Source: a virus (Duplodnaviria > Caudoviricetes). From it: a stretch of DNA of 42,974 nt. Made by a program: the position numbers and the translations under genes. The notes beneath the pieces were generated by a model. The model was not told the origin of the DNA. It worked only from the letters and a program-made list of their open reading frames with translations, and made no database searches. Location of the stretch: positions 1 to 42,974 of the IMG/VR virus record IMGVR_UViG_3300022177_000066; one strand, written 5' to 3'. Shown here piece by piece: positions 26,613 through 35,339 of the stretch (its first letter is position 1; each line of letters begins with the position of its first letter).

Positions 26613-26638
26613 AAAAACAAAAGGCCCTTTCGGGCCCC
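26613..26638 (-). terminator. Terminator-like hairpin just downstream of the late promoter
   Basis: GGCCC-gaaa-GGGCC followed by TTTTGTTTTT. Confidence 0.7.
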
Positions 26639-26717
26639 TGTCTGATGGGATTTTCTGTTTGGATTTAGAATCCGTCTTGTAATTAGAGTTTGCTTTTCGG
26701 GCAGAACTCTATAATGT

Positions 26718-26778
26718 TATATTATCACAAATTTACCACGATTTATGCTCATTTTACGCCCAACTTTCGTCCACGTTT
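26718..26778 (-). promoter_or_regulatory. Putative late promoter with activator direct repeats
   Basis: ~11-12 bp phased repeats TGGACGAAA / TGGGCGTAA / TGAGCATAA then TGTGATAATAT with no -35; immediately after the late activator gene. Confidence 0.55.
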
Positions 26779-27303
26779 TCAAGATACATCGAGCAATTTA
26801 GCCACGGATTCTACTATTTCATCCCTTCTTCTGGACGCAGTTTGTCTACTCATCAGAAGCATCCTGGCTATATATTCAAAATTACACCCATCCCCATAGC
26901 GGTATTCTATGTATTGCTTGTATGTTTCATCAAACTTTCGCACGGCATAATCAACGTGCTCAATCTTTTCATCGAGCTCTCTTATCTTAGCCTTTCTCTT
27001 GAGCTTCTTCCTGAGTTCAGTTTCAAGCTCTTTCTTGAGTCTGCCTACTTCATCCATGAGTAATATAGTCTGCCTTTCAGGTATTCCGGTCAAGTCCCCA
27101 CTTGTTTGCACTCTTTCCCTGCTGTAATCTATTCCACCTATTCCATCGACATCCGTCTCTACGCATCGAATGTCATGTTTTATGCCTTCAACTCTTTTTT
27201 CTATGGCTGCTATCTCGTTCAGTATCTTTTCTTTTTTCTTTATGAATCTATAATGCCTGTAAAGCATCCCTTCTGTTTTTCTGAAAACATCCCCTGTTAT
27301 CAA
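26779..27303 (-). CDS. Late transcriptional regulator (RinA/ArpU-like, sigma-4-type HTH)
   Basis: FRKTEGMLYRHY, IDYSRERVQTS, C-terminal IEYRY..NFEYIARMLLMSRQTASRRRDEIV; last early gene. Confidence 0.75.
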   Translation of the reverse strand: MITGDVFRKTEGMLYRHYRFIKKKEKILNEIAAIEKRVEGIKHDIRCVETDVDGIGGIDYSRERVQTSGDLTGIPERQTILLMDEVGRLKKELETELRKKLKRKAKIRELDEKIEHVDYAVRKFDETYKQYIEYRYGDGCNFEYIARMLLMSRQTASRRRDEIVESVAKLLDVS

Positions 27304-27318
27304 ATAATCTCCCTCCTG

Positions 27319-27486
27319 TTATTTCTCTATCTGTCCGCCTGCCCACGCATGATTGATAAGGCTCACTCCCAGCAATCCAAGTTCATGACTTTCGAGCTCT
27401 CTTTCTCTTTGCCAGCCTTCCTCGTTTATGTAATATTCTTTGGCTGACACGACCTTGTTGCCCTCTTTGATTATTTCGATTTTCAT
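27319..27486 (-). CDS. Hypothetical protein (55 aa, MKIEIIKEGNK...), not in ORF track
   Basis: TAATG overlap with the upstream gene; RBS GGAGG. Confidence 0.6.
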   Translation of the reverse strand: MKIEIIKEGNKVVSAKEYYINEEGWQRERELESHELGLLGVSLINHAWAGGQIEK

Positions 27487-27752
27487 TAGTCATTATCCTC
27501 CACAGATTCGTAAGTCATTTCAAATATGTCTGGCTTGCATGGGTAGAATTCTCCCTTTATACCCTTGATAATATAATCGCCTTCATCAGCTCTTAAAGTA
27601 CCCTCTAGCGTATGCACATAGAATCTCTTTAGGTTTAGATAGCTTGCAAAAGAACAATTATCCAACCCGCAAAACTCAAATATTTCGCAATGGTTTTCGC
27701 CCCTCCATTGCACAGCTTCAATTTCAACCGGTTTCTTTCTATACTTCGCCAT
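27486..27752 (-). CDS. Conserved phage hypothetical protein
   Basis: MAKYRKKPVEIEAVQW...TLEG..GDYIIKG.KGEFYPCKPDIF family signature. Confidence 0.85.
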   Translation of the reverse strand: MAKYRKKPVEIEAVQWRGENHCEIFEFCGLDNCSFASYLNLKRFYVHTLEGTLRADEGDYIIKGIKGEFYPCKPDIFEMTYESVEDND

Positions 27753-27897
27753 TATCTTTAAACCTCCTCATAATGCTCGTATTTAATATGTCATTTCCAC
27801 ATTGCTTATATCCCTGGCCATATCCTTTTCTGTAGGCAGCTGCACACAGTACAGCAATAAATACTGTGCTCCAGGCTATCCAAAATATACTTCCCAT
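27739..27897 (-). CDS. Small membrane protein (52 aa, MGSIFWIAW...), not in ORF track
   Basis: N-terminal hydrophobic helix then YRKGYGQGY; fills an operon gap. Confidence 0.55.
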   Translation of the reverse strand: MGSIFWIAWSTVFIAVLCAAAYRKGYGQGYKQCGNDILNTSIMRRFKDNGEV

Positions 27898-27899
27898 CA

Positions 27900-28121
27900 C
27901 TATTTCGCCTCCAATTTCTTCATCACTCCGACCATCAACTTTCCCATTCTCCCGGGACCGAATCCAAACTGCTCGTGAAGCGCTTCCCTGTAAACCTCCA
28001 TCACTTCTTCCTGGGCCCTAAATATTATGTTGTTGATGGTGTTTTCGAACTCAGCAACGCTCATCTTCGAAAGCCGCTTTTTCATCTCCTTGGATGATTG
28101 TCGACTTTGCTGCCTATTCAT
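27900..28121 (-). CDS. Hypothetical protein (73 aa)
   Basis: ATGA overlap with rusA; ALHEQFGFGPGR motif. Confidence 0.65.
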   Translation of the reverse strand: MNRQQSRQSSKEMKKRLSKMSVAEFENTINNIIFRAQEEVMEVYREALHEQFGFGPGRMGKLMVGVMKKLEAK

Positions 28122-28525
28122 GATATCGCCTCCAGAACAATCTCCACTCGGGGCCTTTCCGCATAGTGCTTGCTCATTATCAACTCCACTACCTGCGAAT
28201 CGTCCTTGTATGCTATCCCGTTCAAGCTGTCCAGTATAGCCTTGCATATGTTGTCCAAATCTGGTTTTTTCTGCGGCCTTATCTCCCCGGCAATCATTTC
28301 TACTGTTTTCTTCTTAGATGCACTCTTTGGCATCTGGAAATGTGCTTGAATTTCGCATCTGATTGCCCCTGAGAGCGTTTTTGATTGGTTTGTGATATAG
28401 TAGCATTCCTTGACCCAGTTTTCGTAATTTACGGTTGTTTCCGGCGTGTAAGCAAAGCCGTGTTTCGTCATTCGTGGCCTTGCTTTCGCCTTCGGTTCTC
28501 CCGGAACCTCGAATTCAATCCTCAT
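28118..28525 (-). CDS. rusA: RusA-family Holliday junction resolvase
   Basis: GEPKAKARPR, KKPDLDNICKAILDSLNGIAYKDDSQVV. Confidence 0.92.
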   Translation of the reverse strand: MRIEFEVPGEPKAKARPRMTKHGFAYTPETTVNYENWVKECYYITNQSKTLSGAIRCEIQAHFQMPKSASKKKTVEMIAGEIRPQKKPDLDNICKAILDSLNGIAYKDDSQVVELIMSKHYAERPRVEIVLEAIS

Positions 28526-28679
28526 TTCTTTGCTTTACCTCCTCTTCTTTTTTTCCGAGCCGAATATTGCACTCCTTGGCTGCATTCCATATAGCTTCAT
28601 CCAGGCTCATGCCTGCATGATATAGTTCCTCTGCAATCTCTGCCGCTTTTCCGGCTATAGCATCATATAGTATCCCCAT
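28515..28679 (-). CDS. Hypothetical protein
   Basis: In-operon ORF, ATG 28679 behind GAGGG. Confidence 0.55.
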   Translation of the reverse strand: MGILYDAIAGKAAEIAEELYHAGMSLDEAIWNAAKECNIRLGKKEEEVKQRNED

Positions 28680-28681
28680 GC

Positions 28682-28978
28682 TTATTCCCTCACGTCCTCT
28701 GTAAACCACTTTTCTATGAGCGGCCACAACCTTTTTTCGAGCTTCTTCCTGACTCTGAACTTTCTGGTGTGCTTCCTGATTCCACCTAATCTTATTATTT
28801 CAGCCCGGAGCTCCATGCTCTTTCTTATACGCTTGCTTATTCTCTCCTGGACTTCGAATATTTCGGCTGCGGCTTCTTCTGTTTCGCTTACTTCCAGGTT
28901 CCTTCTAACAAATTCGGTCTTCATTCGCTTAACTATGTCGGCCAGCTTCATAGCCAGCTTCTTGAATATATCCGTCAT
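28682..28978 (-). CDS. Hypothetical basic protein
   Basis: RBS GGGAGGT; in operon. Confidence 0.65.
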   Translation of the reverse strand: MTDIFKKLAMKLADIVKRMKTEFVRRNLEVSETEEAAAEIFEVQERISKRIRKSMELRAEIIRLGGIRKHTRKFRVRKKLEKRLWPLIEKWFTEDVRE

Positions 28979-28992
28979 GCCTTATACCTCCC

Positions 28993-29130
28993 TTAATCTT
29001 CCTCGTACCATGAATATTTGCAATCGTTGCATGTATAGTCCGTTCTGACTATATACGGCTTATCGTCTGGACTGAAGCTGTATTCTGATATGTCATGTGC
29101 CCCACAGTTGGGGCATTCATCCTTATTCAT
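28993..29130 (-). CDS. Small zinc-ribbon protein (45 aa, MNKDECPNCG...CNDCKYSW), not in ORF track
   Basis: RBS AAGGAGG, CxxC...CxxC. Confidence 0.7.
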   Translation of the reverse strand: MNKDECPNCGAHDISEYSFSPDDKPYIVRTDYTCNDCKYSWYEED

Positions 29131-29172
29131 ACTCGGATTCCTCCTTATTGCGCTATTTGCTTGTATTGTGAA

Positions 29173-29358
29173 TTATTTCAACTCCCTCAATATTTCTTCT
29201 AGGGTCCATTCATTGTTAACAAACTCCGATTTAGTCATGTTAAATCTCCCAGCCTCTACGTATCCGTCTGCGTTAGGGCTGTAATAGAATAGCTTTAGAA
29301 ATTCAGTCCCATTTTTCCTCTTGCATTTAACCCATTCGAAAATCTTTTGACTTTTCAT
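29173..29358 (-). CDS. Hypothetical protein
   Basis: RBS GGAGGTG; in operon. Confidence 0.6.
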   Translation of the reverse strand: MKSQKIFEWVKCKRKNGTEFLKLFYYSPNADGYVEAGRFNMTKSEFVNNEWTLEEILRELK

Positions 29359-29361
29359 CTG

Positions 29362-29907
29362 CTACACCTCCACCGAATCCCAGTCGAAATTTTCTAGTAT
29401 CTGCAAAAGCTTTTCCACCTTAGGAGCCCTCCATGCTGTCATAGCATATGTATGGGCCCTTGGCGAATAATGATAGTGGTTTTGCCTTATGTGCTCCTTG
29501 GCCTCGGCTTTGGTGAGGAACATAGTGTTGCTCTTTACAACGTGAACCTCCTTGACCGGCACGAGGTAAGCATCCTTGTCGATATATTCCTTTACCCACT
29601 CTTCCATCAGCGACGAGGCGTGATAGAAGCCGTCGAACTCCTCTGCCGCCTCCTCAAATTTCTCTTTCGCTTCATCGGAAAGCTCGTCAAAATCCTCTTC
29701 TTTGATTTCTGCAATAAACTCTTCGACGCTAAGTGATCTAAAGCCGCTTGCTGGGAGCACTATCTCGTAACTGTCCTGATAATCTTCCGCAGTGACTATT
29801 TTCTCGTAATCACCTACTGTCCAAAACCTCGGTGCTGCCTGGTGGTCATGGTCTTGTGTTTTTAGTTCCTGCTGAAGCTCCTTTAGGAATCTTATATCGT
29901 CGCTCAT
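29362..29907 (-). CDS. Conserved phage hypothetical protein
   Basis: QAAPRFW and FLTKAEAKEHIRQNHYHYS..HTYAMTAWR motifs. Confidence 0.7.
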   Translation of the reverse strand: MSDDIRFLKELQQELKTQDHDHQAAPRFWTVGDYEKIVTAEDYQDSYEIVLPASGFRSLSVEEFIAEIKEEDFDELSDEAKEKFEEAAEEFDGFYHASSLMEEWVKEYIDKDAYLVPVKEVHVVKSNTMFLTKAEAKEHIRQNHYHYSPRAHTYAMTAWRAPKVEKLLQILENFDWDSVEV

Positions 29908-29944
29908 GATTATTCCTCCTTTACCATTTATTCAGATTGCGTAA

Positions 29945-30238
29945 TTACCTTGTCACCTTGTAGCCTTCGCCTTCTAAAAACTTTATAGCCGCTTCCACCT
30001 TGTCAACATATCTCACGACTTCTTTCTTGCTTTCAAACTCCGCGTATCCTAGCATCACTAATCTATTTACCGTTTGCGCATTAATACGCTCGTACCATCG
30101 TGTTTCTGTTCCGGGTTTACTATATTTCTCAGGTACATAAACGTAGGGCGTCGCTATGTCTTTTCTTCTATGCATAGTCTTGTTATTCCTGAGTAGCTCA
30201 AGTCCTTGTTCTAATACAGGCGTTAATTTCATTTCCAC
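29945..30238 (-). CDS. Hypothetical protein
   Basis: In-operon ORF overlapping the upstream gene. Confidence 0.6.
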   Translation of the reverse strand: MEMKLTPVLEQGLELLRNNKTMHRRKDIATPYVYVPEKYSKPGTETRWYERINAQTVNRLVMLGYAEFESKKEVVRYVDKVEAAIKFLEGEGYKVTR

Positions 30239-30471
30239 TCACTCCTTTTCCGGAACACTTTCCCATCGATAACTTCAAGATCTTCACTCTCTTCCAAATA
30301 TATGTTTACGCTTTGCATGAAATTGAAATAATAATCCATTGCACAATCCATGCCACAAAAGTATTCACATTCTAAAGCGCTGTACTCTATGTCCATATCT
30401 GGCGTTAGTTCTTTTCCGCATCTTTTGCATTTGAGGGGTCCATCGCTGTGTTCTGTGCATATAATATTCAT
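30229..30471 (-). CDS. Zn-finger-like hypothetical protein
   Basis: CKRC...YFCGMDC (TRASH/MYM-like spacing). Confidence 0.6.
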   Translation of the reverse strand: MNIICTEHSDGPLKCKRCGKELTPDMDIEYSALECEYFCGMDCAMDYYFNFMQSVNIYLEESEDLEVIDGKVFRKRSEWK

Positions 30472-30474
30472 GCC

Positions 30475-30888
30475 CTACACCTCCAAACTAATCTGCTTCG
30501 GCTCTGTTTTCTCAATGATTTCTTGCACACGCTTTTTTGCAACCTTGAGACAATCTAGGTAGCTGTCGAACTCCCCCGTCAACGGCGTTGGCGTCTCTTT
30601 TACAGTTACTTCATTGCTCTTTATGACGTACAAGCGGGTGCTTGTCTGGCATAACATCCAACCATTTCCCTCGTCCCACTTTGTTCGCTGCTTTGCTGTT
30701 TGGTCCTCAACCCATTTCACAGCCTGACTTTCTTCTTCAAATATTTCAACTTTTTCAAAGAGCCGCCATGCCATCAATGAGTATTGAGGGCTGCCGTTTT
30801 CTTCTCTGTCTTGGATGTAGTACAGCGTATCGCGATATCTAAAATATGGGCACCGTCCGTCATGAGCCTTGAATTTCACATCCAACAT
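30475..30888 (-). CDS. Hypothetical protein
   Basis: RBS AAGGAGGGG; in operon. Confidence 0.65.
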   Translation of the reverse strand: MLDVKFKAHDGRCPYFRYRDTLYYIQDREENGSPQYSLMAWRLFEKVEIFEEESQAVKWVEDQTAKQRTKWDEGNGWMLCQTSTRLYVIKSNEVTVKETPTPLTGEFDSYLDCLKVAKKRVQEIIEKTEPKQISLEV

Positions 30889-30899
30889 ATTGCCCCTCC

Positions 30900-31319
30900 T
30901 TAGAATGGAATATCATCGTCGTCCAGCGCCTCAAATCCTTCTGGATCTAGTCCCGTGTACTTGCCCTGGCCTGCTGGTTGCCCTCCGTCAATTTTCTTGT
31001 CAGCATATTCCAAGAACTCAACCCTATCGGCAACAACTTCAGTCGCCCAGCGGCTATTCCCATCCTTGTCCTCGTATTTTCTTATCTGCAGCCTTCCGCT
31101 CACGCCAACCTGCCTTCCCTTTTGAAGATAGTTCGCACAGTTTTCAGCTGCTTTCCCCCAGACCTGCACAGGTATGAAGTCTGCCTCGTAGTTGCCTTCC
31201 TTGTTTTTAAACGTTCTATTCACGGCAACCGTAAATGTTGCCACTGCTTTTCCAATCCCTGGTGGATATTTAAGGTCGGGGTCTTTAGTGAGTCTGCCTA
31301 TCAAAATAACGCTGTTCAT
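30900..31319 (-). CDS. ssb: Single-stranded DNA-binding protein
   Basis: [27 protein letters not shown], acidic tail DDDIPF. Confidence 0.96.
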   Translation of the reverse strand: MNSVILIGRLTKDPDLKYPPGIGKAVATFTVAVNRTFKNKEGNYEADFIPVQVWGKAAENCANYLQKGRQVGVSGRLQIRKYEDKDGNSRWATEVVADRVEFLEYADKKIDGGQPAGQGKYTGLDPEGFEALDDDDIPF

Positions 31320-31729
31320 TATTCCACCTCCAAGAGTTCAGGATTTTCGTATATATTGCCGATTACTCTACATTCAGCAAGCACTTCATAGCTTTCCGCC
31401 GAAAGTCTGTTGCTCACCTCGAATGATGCTGTTTCTTCGCACCAGGCAACAACACCGATGCACCCTTGTTCATACCAACCACTTTCAGTGCTCGTAGAAT
31501 CTTCAAAGCAAACTATATCGCCCTCATAAACAGAGTTTCCATTTACATCTATAGCCCCTGTATGCTGCCCTATGGTTTCTGGATCATTGATTGCAAACTT
31601 AAAACCATCATCTCTCATAATCCAATGCTCTATGAGTTTCCCATCAATAAATTGCAGGCTATATACGTATGACCCATACACGAAACTTTCAAGTGCATCC
31701 TGATAACCTCTAAACTTGATTTCTCTCAC
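31319..31729 (-). CDS. YopX family protein
   Basis: [35 protein letters not shown]. Confidence 0.9.
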   Translation of the reverse strand: MREIKFRGYQDALESFVYGSYVYSLQFIDGKLIEHWIMRDDGFKFAINDPETIGQHTGAIDVNGNSVYEGDIVCFEDSTSTESGWYEQGCIGVVAWCEETASFEVSNRLSAESYEVLAECRVIGNIYENPELLEVE

Positions 31730-31744
31730 GCTTATCGCCTCCTA

Positions 31745-32074
31745 TTATTTCCCGCTCCGCACAGCCTCTATATCTCCCTCGACTATGCGTAGCTGTATTT
31801 TCTTGATGTTGATTGCTTCTTGCGCTGATTTGTACATAGCTTCTGCTATGTCCCACTTCATTTTCAACTCTGATATTTCCTCATGGCCACGCACAATATC
31901 GCTCATAATTGTACTGGGAGTTCCTTTTGCTCTTTCCGATAAAACCTCTTGGCACACTCGCATTCTATATACTCTTTTAGTTTCTGCAACTTCTCTCCCT
32001 CTAGTGCCTAAGAGACTAAGCGCTGTATTTAACTCCCGGTTAATTTCGTTTCTTTGCTGCACTAGCTCTAGCAA
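31745..32074 (-). CDS. Conserved helical phage protein
   Basis: Coiled-coil, G.P.TIMSDIVRG..EISELK..DIAEA.Y motif. Confidence 0.7.
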   Translation of the reverse strand: MLELVQQRNEINRELNTALSLLGTRGREVAETKRVYRMRVCQEVLSERAKGTPSTIMSDIVRGHEEISELKMKWDIAEAMYKSAQEAINIKKIQLRIVEGDIEAVRSGK

Positions 32075-32292
32075 TCACCCACCCCCTCGAATCCGTTGAA
32101 CCACTCATCGTCAGTCAATTTGTTCTCTAGCATGTGCGCCAATTCGCCTAGCCTCCGGCATACCTTGCAGAAGTTTTCTTCCTGCGATAGCTGCTCTCCT
32201 AGTGTTCTATCTGGATGCATGTACCACTCTATGGCTCTGTGATAGCGCTTGAGGTTTCTGTTATATTCTTGCTTGATTTGCATTTCTGTCAT
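32068..32292 (-). CDS. Hypothetical protein
   Basis: RBS AGGAGG; in operon. Confidence 0.65.
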   Translation of the reverse strand: MTEMQIKQEYNRNLKRYHRAIEWYMHPDRTLGEQLSQEENFCKVCRRLGELAHMLENKLTDDEWFNGFEGVGDC

Positions 32293-32303
32293 TTTTGCGC
32301 CTC

Positions 32304-34205
32304 CTAGAATGGGCAGTCGTCGGTTGTTGGCACTTCTATGAATCCCATCTGCTCCCGTTTCTCTTTCCAGCTGTATTCCTTGCCAGGATCATCACTGTCC
32401 CCATAAAACCTTTTACTTGCCCTTTCAAAGTACACTCCTACAGATTTGTCCTGATGACCTATGGGGCGGTTCTTAAATAAATCTATTACGCAATCGTATG
32501 GGCATCCTTCTTGTACCACTTCACCTTTTTTGTTGAGAGTATCTTCCTTTTCGCTCGGCAACACCCGATGTACTGCTGTGACATAATGCGCTAAGTTGGT
32601 TATATCTCCGCTGCCGGCGACGTCCATCTTTGTCAGCCTCTGAATGGTTTCTGTTTTTCTCGGGTGTGCTACTAGATGCACTACCGAGTTAAATCTTGCG
32701 GCAAACCTGACTAGGCTTTTCACGAAGTCCTTTTGCTTTGAAAACTTTTCATACTCCGTACCCTCAAGATCTATTGTCATTAGATTGTCGAGCACGAACA
32801 CTTTTACGCCGTACTTTCTTGTCAATTCCTCCATCTTTTGCAGTATCCTCGAGGCTCTCATGTCTAAATCGTTGTCATATATGAATATCCTGCCTCTGTA
32901 CCAATCGCGCATCTTTTCTTTTACAGCCTTCGAAACGTAGTATGTTGTCGGTTGGTTCGCTCCATTGTCCTTTTCTGTTACGTTCTGCGGGCCCGCCATG
33001 GGGTATTCTATCCAGTTTCTTAATTGTGGTTTTGTAAGCTCACCTGACATTATGAAAGCATTGTATCCTTGGCTTAGAGCTTCGCATACACACACCTGAT
33101 TGACGAATGTACTCTTGCCACTGCCGTTTATTCCGGTAATAACATTGACCGTTCCGAGCACCCAACCGGCAATCCACTTATCCAGGCCGTTTATGCCGCT
33201 TTTGATTTTCTCGGCTCCCGATATGTCGTAATCCTCCACATCAGCCATGTCTATTACGTCTGTTATGGGGACGTCTCTTGCATCTTCAATTGCCTTAAGC
33301 ACGCTCTCTTTGCCTTCCTTGAACAGATGAATATTTAAATCGCTATGTTCTGACCTCACGTAATAACATCTGTATTCACCAAGCCTTGGGATTACTTCCT
33401 TCCTCATTTCCTCACCAGCCTGGTCGTTATCGGCCCATATAATAATCTTGTCGAACTGCTCAAGCCAATCCCAATTGCGCTCTATCCAATGATAATTATT
33501 AGCCCCAAAAGGTACAGATACGGCGTTCTGGAATCCCGCCTCTATTGCTGCCAATCTGTCTATCTCGCCCTCCGTAATCAGCAGTGGCTTTGTGGTGTCC
33601 ACTTGGTGCATGCCGTAAAGTATTGGAGTTGTGTCCTTGTCTTTTTGGCACCACGTTTTCATTTCTCCCGACTTAAGCTTTCTGCTCGGCCTGTACTTTA
33701 CAAGCAGGAGTCTGCCGTTTTCATCCTTATATTCAAATACTATGTTGCCCTTTGCATCCTGCCTCACTCCTGCATAGTCCAGCGTCTTCCGGCTTATGCC
33801 CCTAAGACTCAGGTACTTCTCAGCCCTTGGCATCTCTTCGTTCTTCTCGGGCTCTGGGAATCGGTATGGCTGTTTGTCCTTGTTGACCATGGGGCGCTCG
33901 TCCTCGTCAAACTCGTATGCTGTGCCTGTTTGCCTGAAGAGCTCTCGAGCAGATTCTATGAAGCTCATACCTGTTTGCATGTAGTAGTCTATTATGTCTA
34001 GGCTTACTCCGCACCCAAAGCATTTGAAGCCGTTGCTCTTCTTGTTCCACTTGAAGCTTCCCGTCTTTTCGCTGTGAAATGGACAGCAGCCCGTGAGCTG
34101 TCGCTCGTTCCATTTTTGGACACTCAGGCCGTCGGCTATTATGCTTGCCGCCCGCTCCCCTAGAGCTTTTTTAGCGCCTTCGATTAGATCCTTTGGGATG
34201 TTCAT
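32304..34205 (-). CDS. Fused primase-helicase (CHC2 Zn finger, Toprim, DnaB/SF4 helicase; T7 gp4/Twinkle-like)
   Basis: CCPFHSEKTGSF..FKCFGC; ITEGEID..SVPFGA..DNDQAG; Walker A GINGSGKS, VLDNLM, LVAHPRK, GSGDI. Confidence 0.9.
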   Translation of the reverse strand: MNIPKDLIEGAKKALGERAASIIADGLSVQKWNERQLTGCCPFHSEKTGSFKWNKKSNGFKCFGCGVSLDIIDYYMQTGMSFIESARELFRQTGTAYEFDEDERPMVNKDKQPYRFPEPEKNEEMPRAEKYLSLRGISRKTLDYAGVRQDAKGNIVFEYKDENGRLLLVKYRPSRKLKSGEMKTWCQKDKDTTPILYGMHQVDTTKPLLITEGEIDRLAAIEAGFQNAVSVPFGANNYHWIERNWDWLEQFDKIIIWADNDQAGEEMRKEVIPRLGEYRCYYVRSEHSDLNIHLFKEGKESVLKAIEDARDVPITDVIDMADVEDYDISGAEKIKSGINGLDKWIAGWVLGTVNVITGINGSGKSTFVNQVCVCEALSQGYNAFIMSGELTKPQLRNWIEYPMAGPQNVTEKDNGANQPTTYYVSKAVKEKMRDWYRGRIFIYDNDLDMRASRILQKMEELTRKYGVKVFVLDNLMTIDLEGTEYEKFSKQKDFVKSLVRFAARFNSVVHLVAHPRKTETIQRLTKMDVAGSGDITNLAHYVTAVHRVLPSEKEDTLNKKGEVVQEGCPYDCVIDLFKNRPIGHQDKSVGVYFERASKRFYGDSDDPGKEYSWKEKREQMGFIEVPTTDDCPF

Positions 34206-34216
34206 GCTTTTACCTC

Positions 34217-35011
34217 CTAGCTTGCATCCACCTTGAGTTTTTTAACCGGCACTTGACCAGCATCATTTTGTTCTTTGCCTATATAGCCCTCGTAGTACTT
34301 GCCGCCTTCTTCATATTCTGAACATATAAGGTGTTTTGCCCCGTAGACTTTTTGTCCGAAAAATTCAGCCAATCCTCTTTCTTTGACCGGGTAGTCCGTA
34401 TTCTTTGTAGCCTCTACGACCTGCTTATGTCTATCAAGCAATGTCTTGCAGTATTCTTCATCGTATTTGTTGTTTTTCATGGCAGTTTCAATTGCCTTTT
34501 GCATATCCTTTGTATAAGCTCTATGTCTTTTAAGATTTAGTGTCATATAATGGTCGAATACCGAAACGTAATTGCTATTGTTTTTAATATTGTTTTTAAT
34601 ATTGTTTTTTTGGTTAACTAATTCGCTCCCTGTAGTCCCCTCTAATTCGCTCCCTGTAGTCGTAGCTTTTGAGAGGGGAGTTAACGTTTTAGCTCCCTCA
34701 TTCCATTCTGTATACACCTTATTAAAAGCTATTTCCCTGCCCTTACTGAATGTCGGAGGACTGATTTCAATCAATATGCTTCTTTCGAATAGCTCCCTGA
34801 TCTCCCTTGCTATCTGCTTGGCATTAATCCCAGTGGCTTTTGCTATGAATGACTCTGACAGCTCGTGCGATTTCTTGTCCCATCCATACGTCGAGCGCCA
34901 TATAATCATTAATATTCGGAATTGTGTACCGTTGAGCTTTGTTTTTGCTATAACTTCCATAATTTCATTGGCTATTGGCGTGTATCCGTTTTCTTTCTGT
35001 GGGCTGCACAT
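34217..35011 (-). CDS. Replication initiator, lambda O-like N-terminal domain
   Basis: ENGYTPIANEIME..LNGTQFRILMIIWRSTYGW.KK; internal iterons. Confidence 0.85.
   Translation of the reverse strand: MCSPQKENGYTPIANEIMEVIAKTKLNGTQFRILMIIWRSTYGWDKKSHELSESFIAKATGINAKQIAREIRELFERSILIEISPPTFSKGREIAFNKVYTEWNEGAKTLTPLSKATTTGSELEGTTGSELVNQKNNIKNNIKNNSNYVSVFDHYMTLNLKRHRAYTKDMQKAIETAMKNNKYDEEYCKTLLDRHKQVVEATKNTDYPVKERGLAEFFGQKVYGAKHLICSEYEEGGKYYEGYIGKEQNDAGQVPVKKLKVDAS
34577..34661. repeat. Probable phage replication origin: iterons plus AT-rich repeats
   Basis: CTAATTCGCTCCCTGTAGTC twice (34618-34637, 34642-34661) next to three TATTGTTTTT(AA) repeats; further GCTCCCT half-sites to ~34740. Confidence 0.8.
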
Positions 35012-35311
35012 CTATTCATCGGCTCCTCTCCTTTCTATGTTTTCATCTGGCCCCGGCATAGTCCCTGTAATAGTCTTATATATCCGCTCCAGGCAGTCCC
35101 GGCATATCCATTTACTTGCTATGTACATGCCGGTTATATGCTTGTCTGAGCTGTCACAGAAAATACAATTCTCCATTTCGTCATCCTCATCTTCCTGAGC
35201 TTCTTCTTCGTCATCCATATCCCATAGGGCTTGTCTAATGGCAAAACCTATGTCATTGCCAACTACTGCAACGCTTTTATACTCCCTGTCTTTCGGATAC
35301 ACTATTTTCAT
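35012..35311 (-). CDS. Protein with C-terminal treble-clef Zn finger (CsfB/Gin- or AbrB-C-like)
   Basis: CIFCD..GMYIASKWICRDC after an acidic linker. Confidence 0.65.
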   Translation of the reverse strand: MKIVYPKDREYKSVAVVGNDIGFAIRQALWDMDDEEEAQEDEDDEMENCIFCDSSDKHITGMYIASKWICRDCLERIYKTITGTMPGPDENIERRGADE

Positions 35312-35339
35312 CTTTCAACCTCCTATGTATGCCGGGGGC

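Noticed and set aside
26399-26620. 73-aa ORF in the track
   Set aside because: Overlaps the tRNA and a terminator; a translation artefact
34577-34661. Direct repeats as a possible CRISPR array
   Set aside because: Only 2-3 short copies with no spacers, inside an initiator gene; better explained as an origin. No cas genes are present
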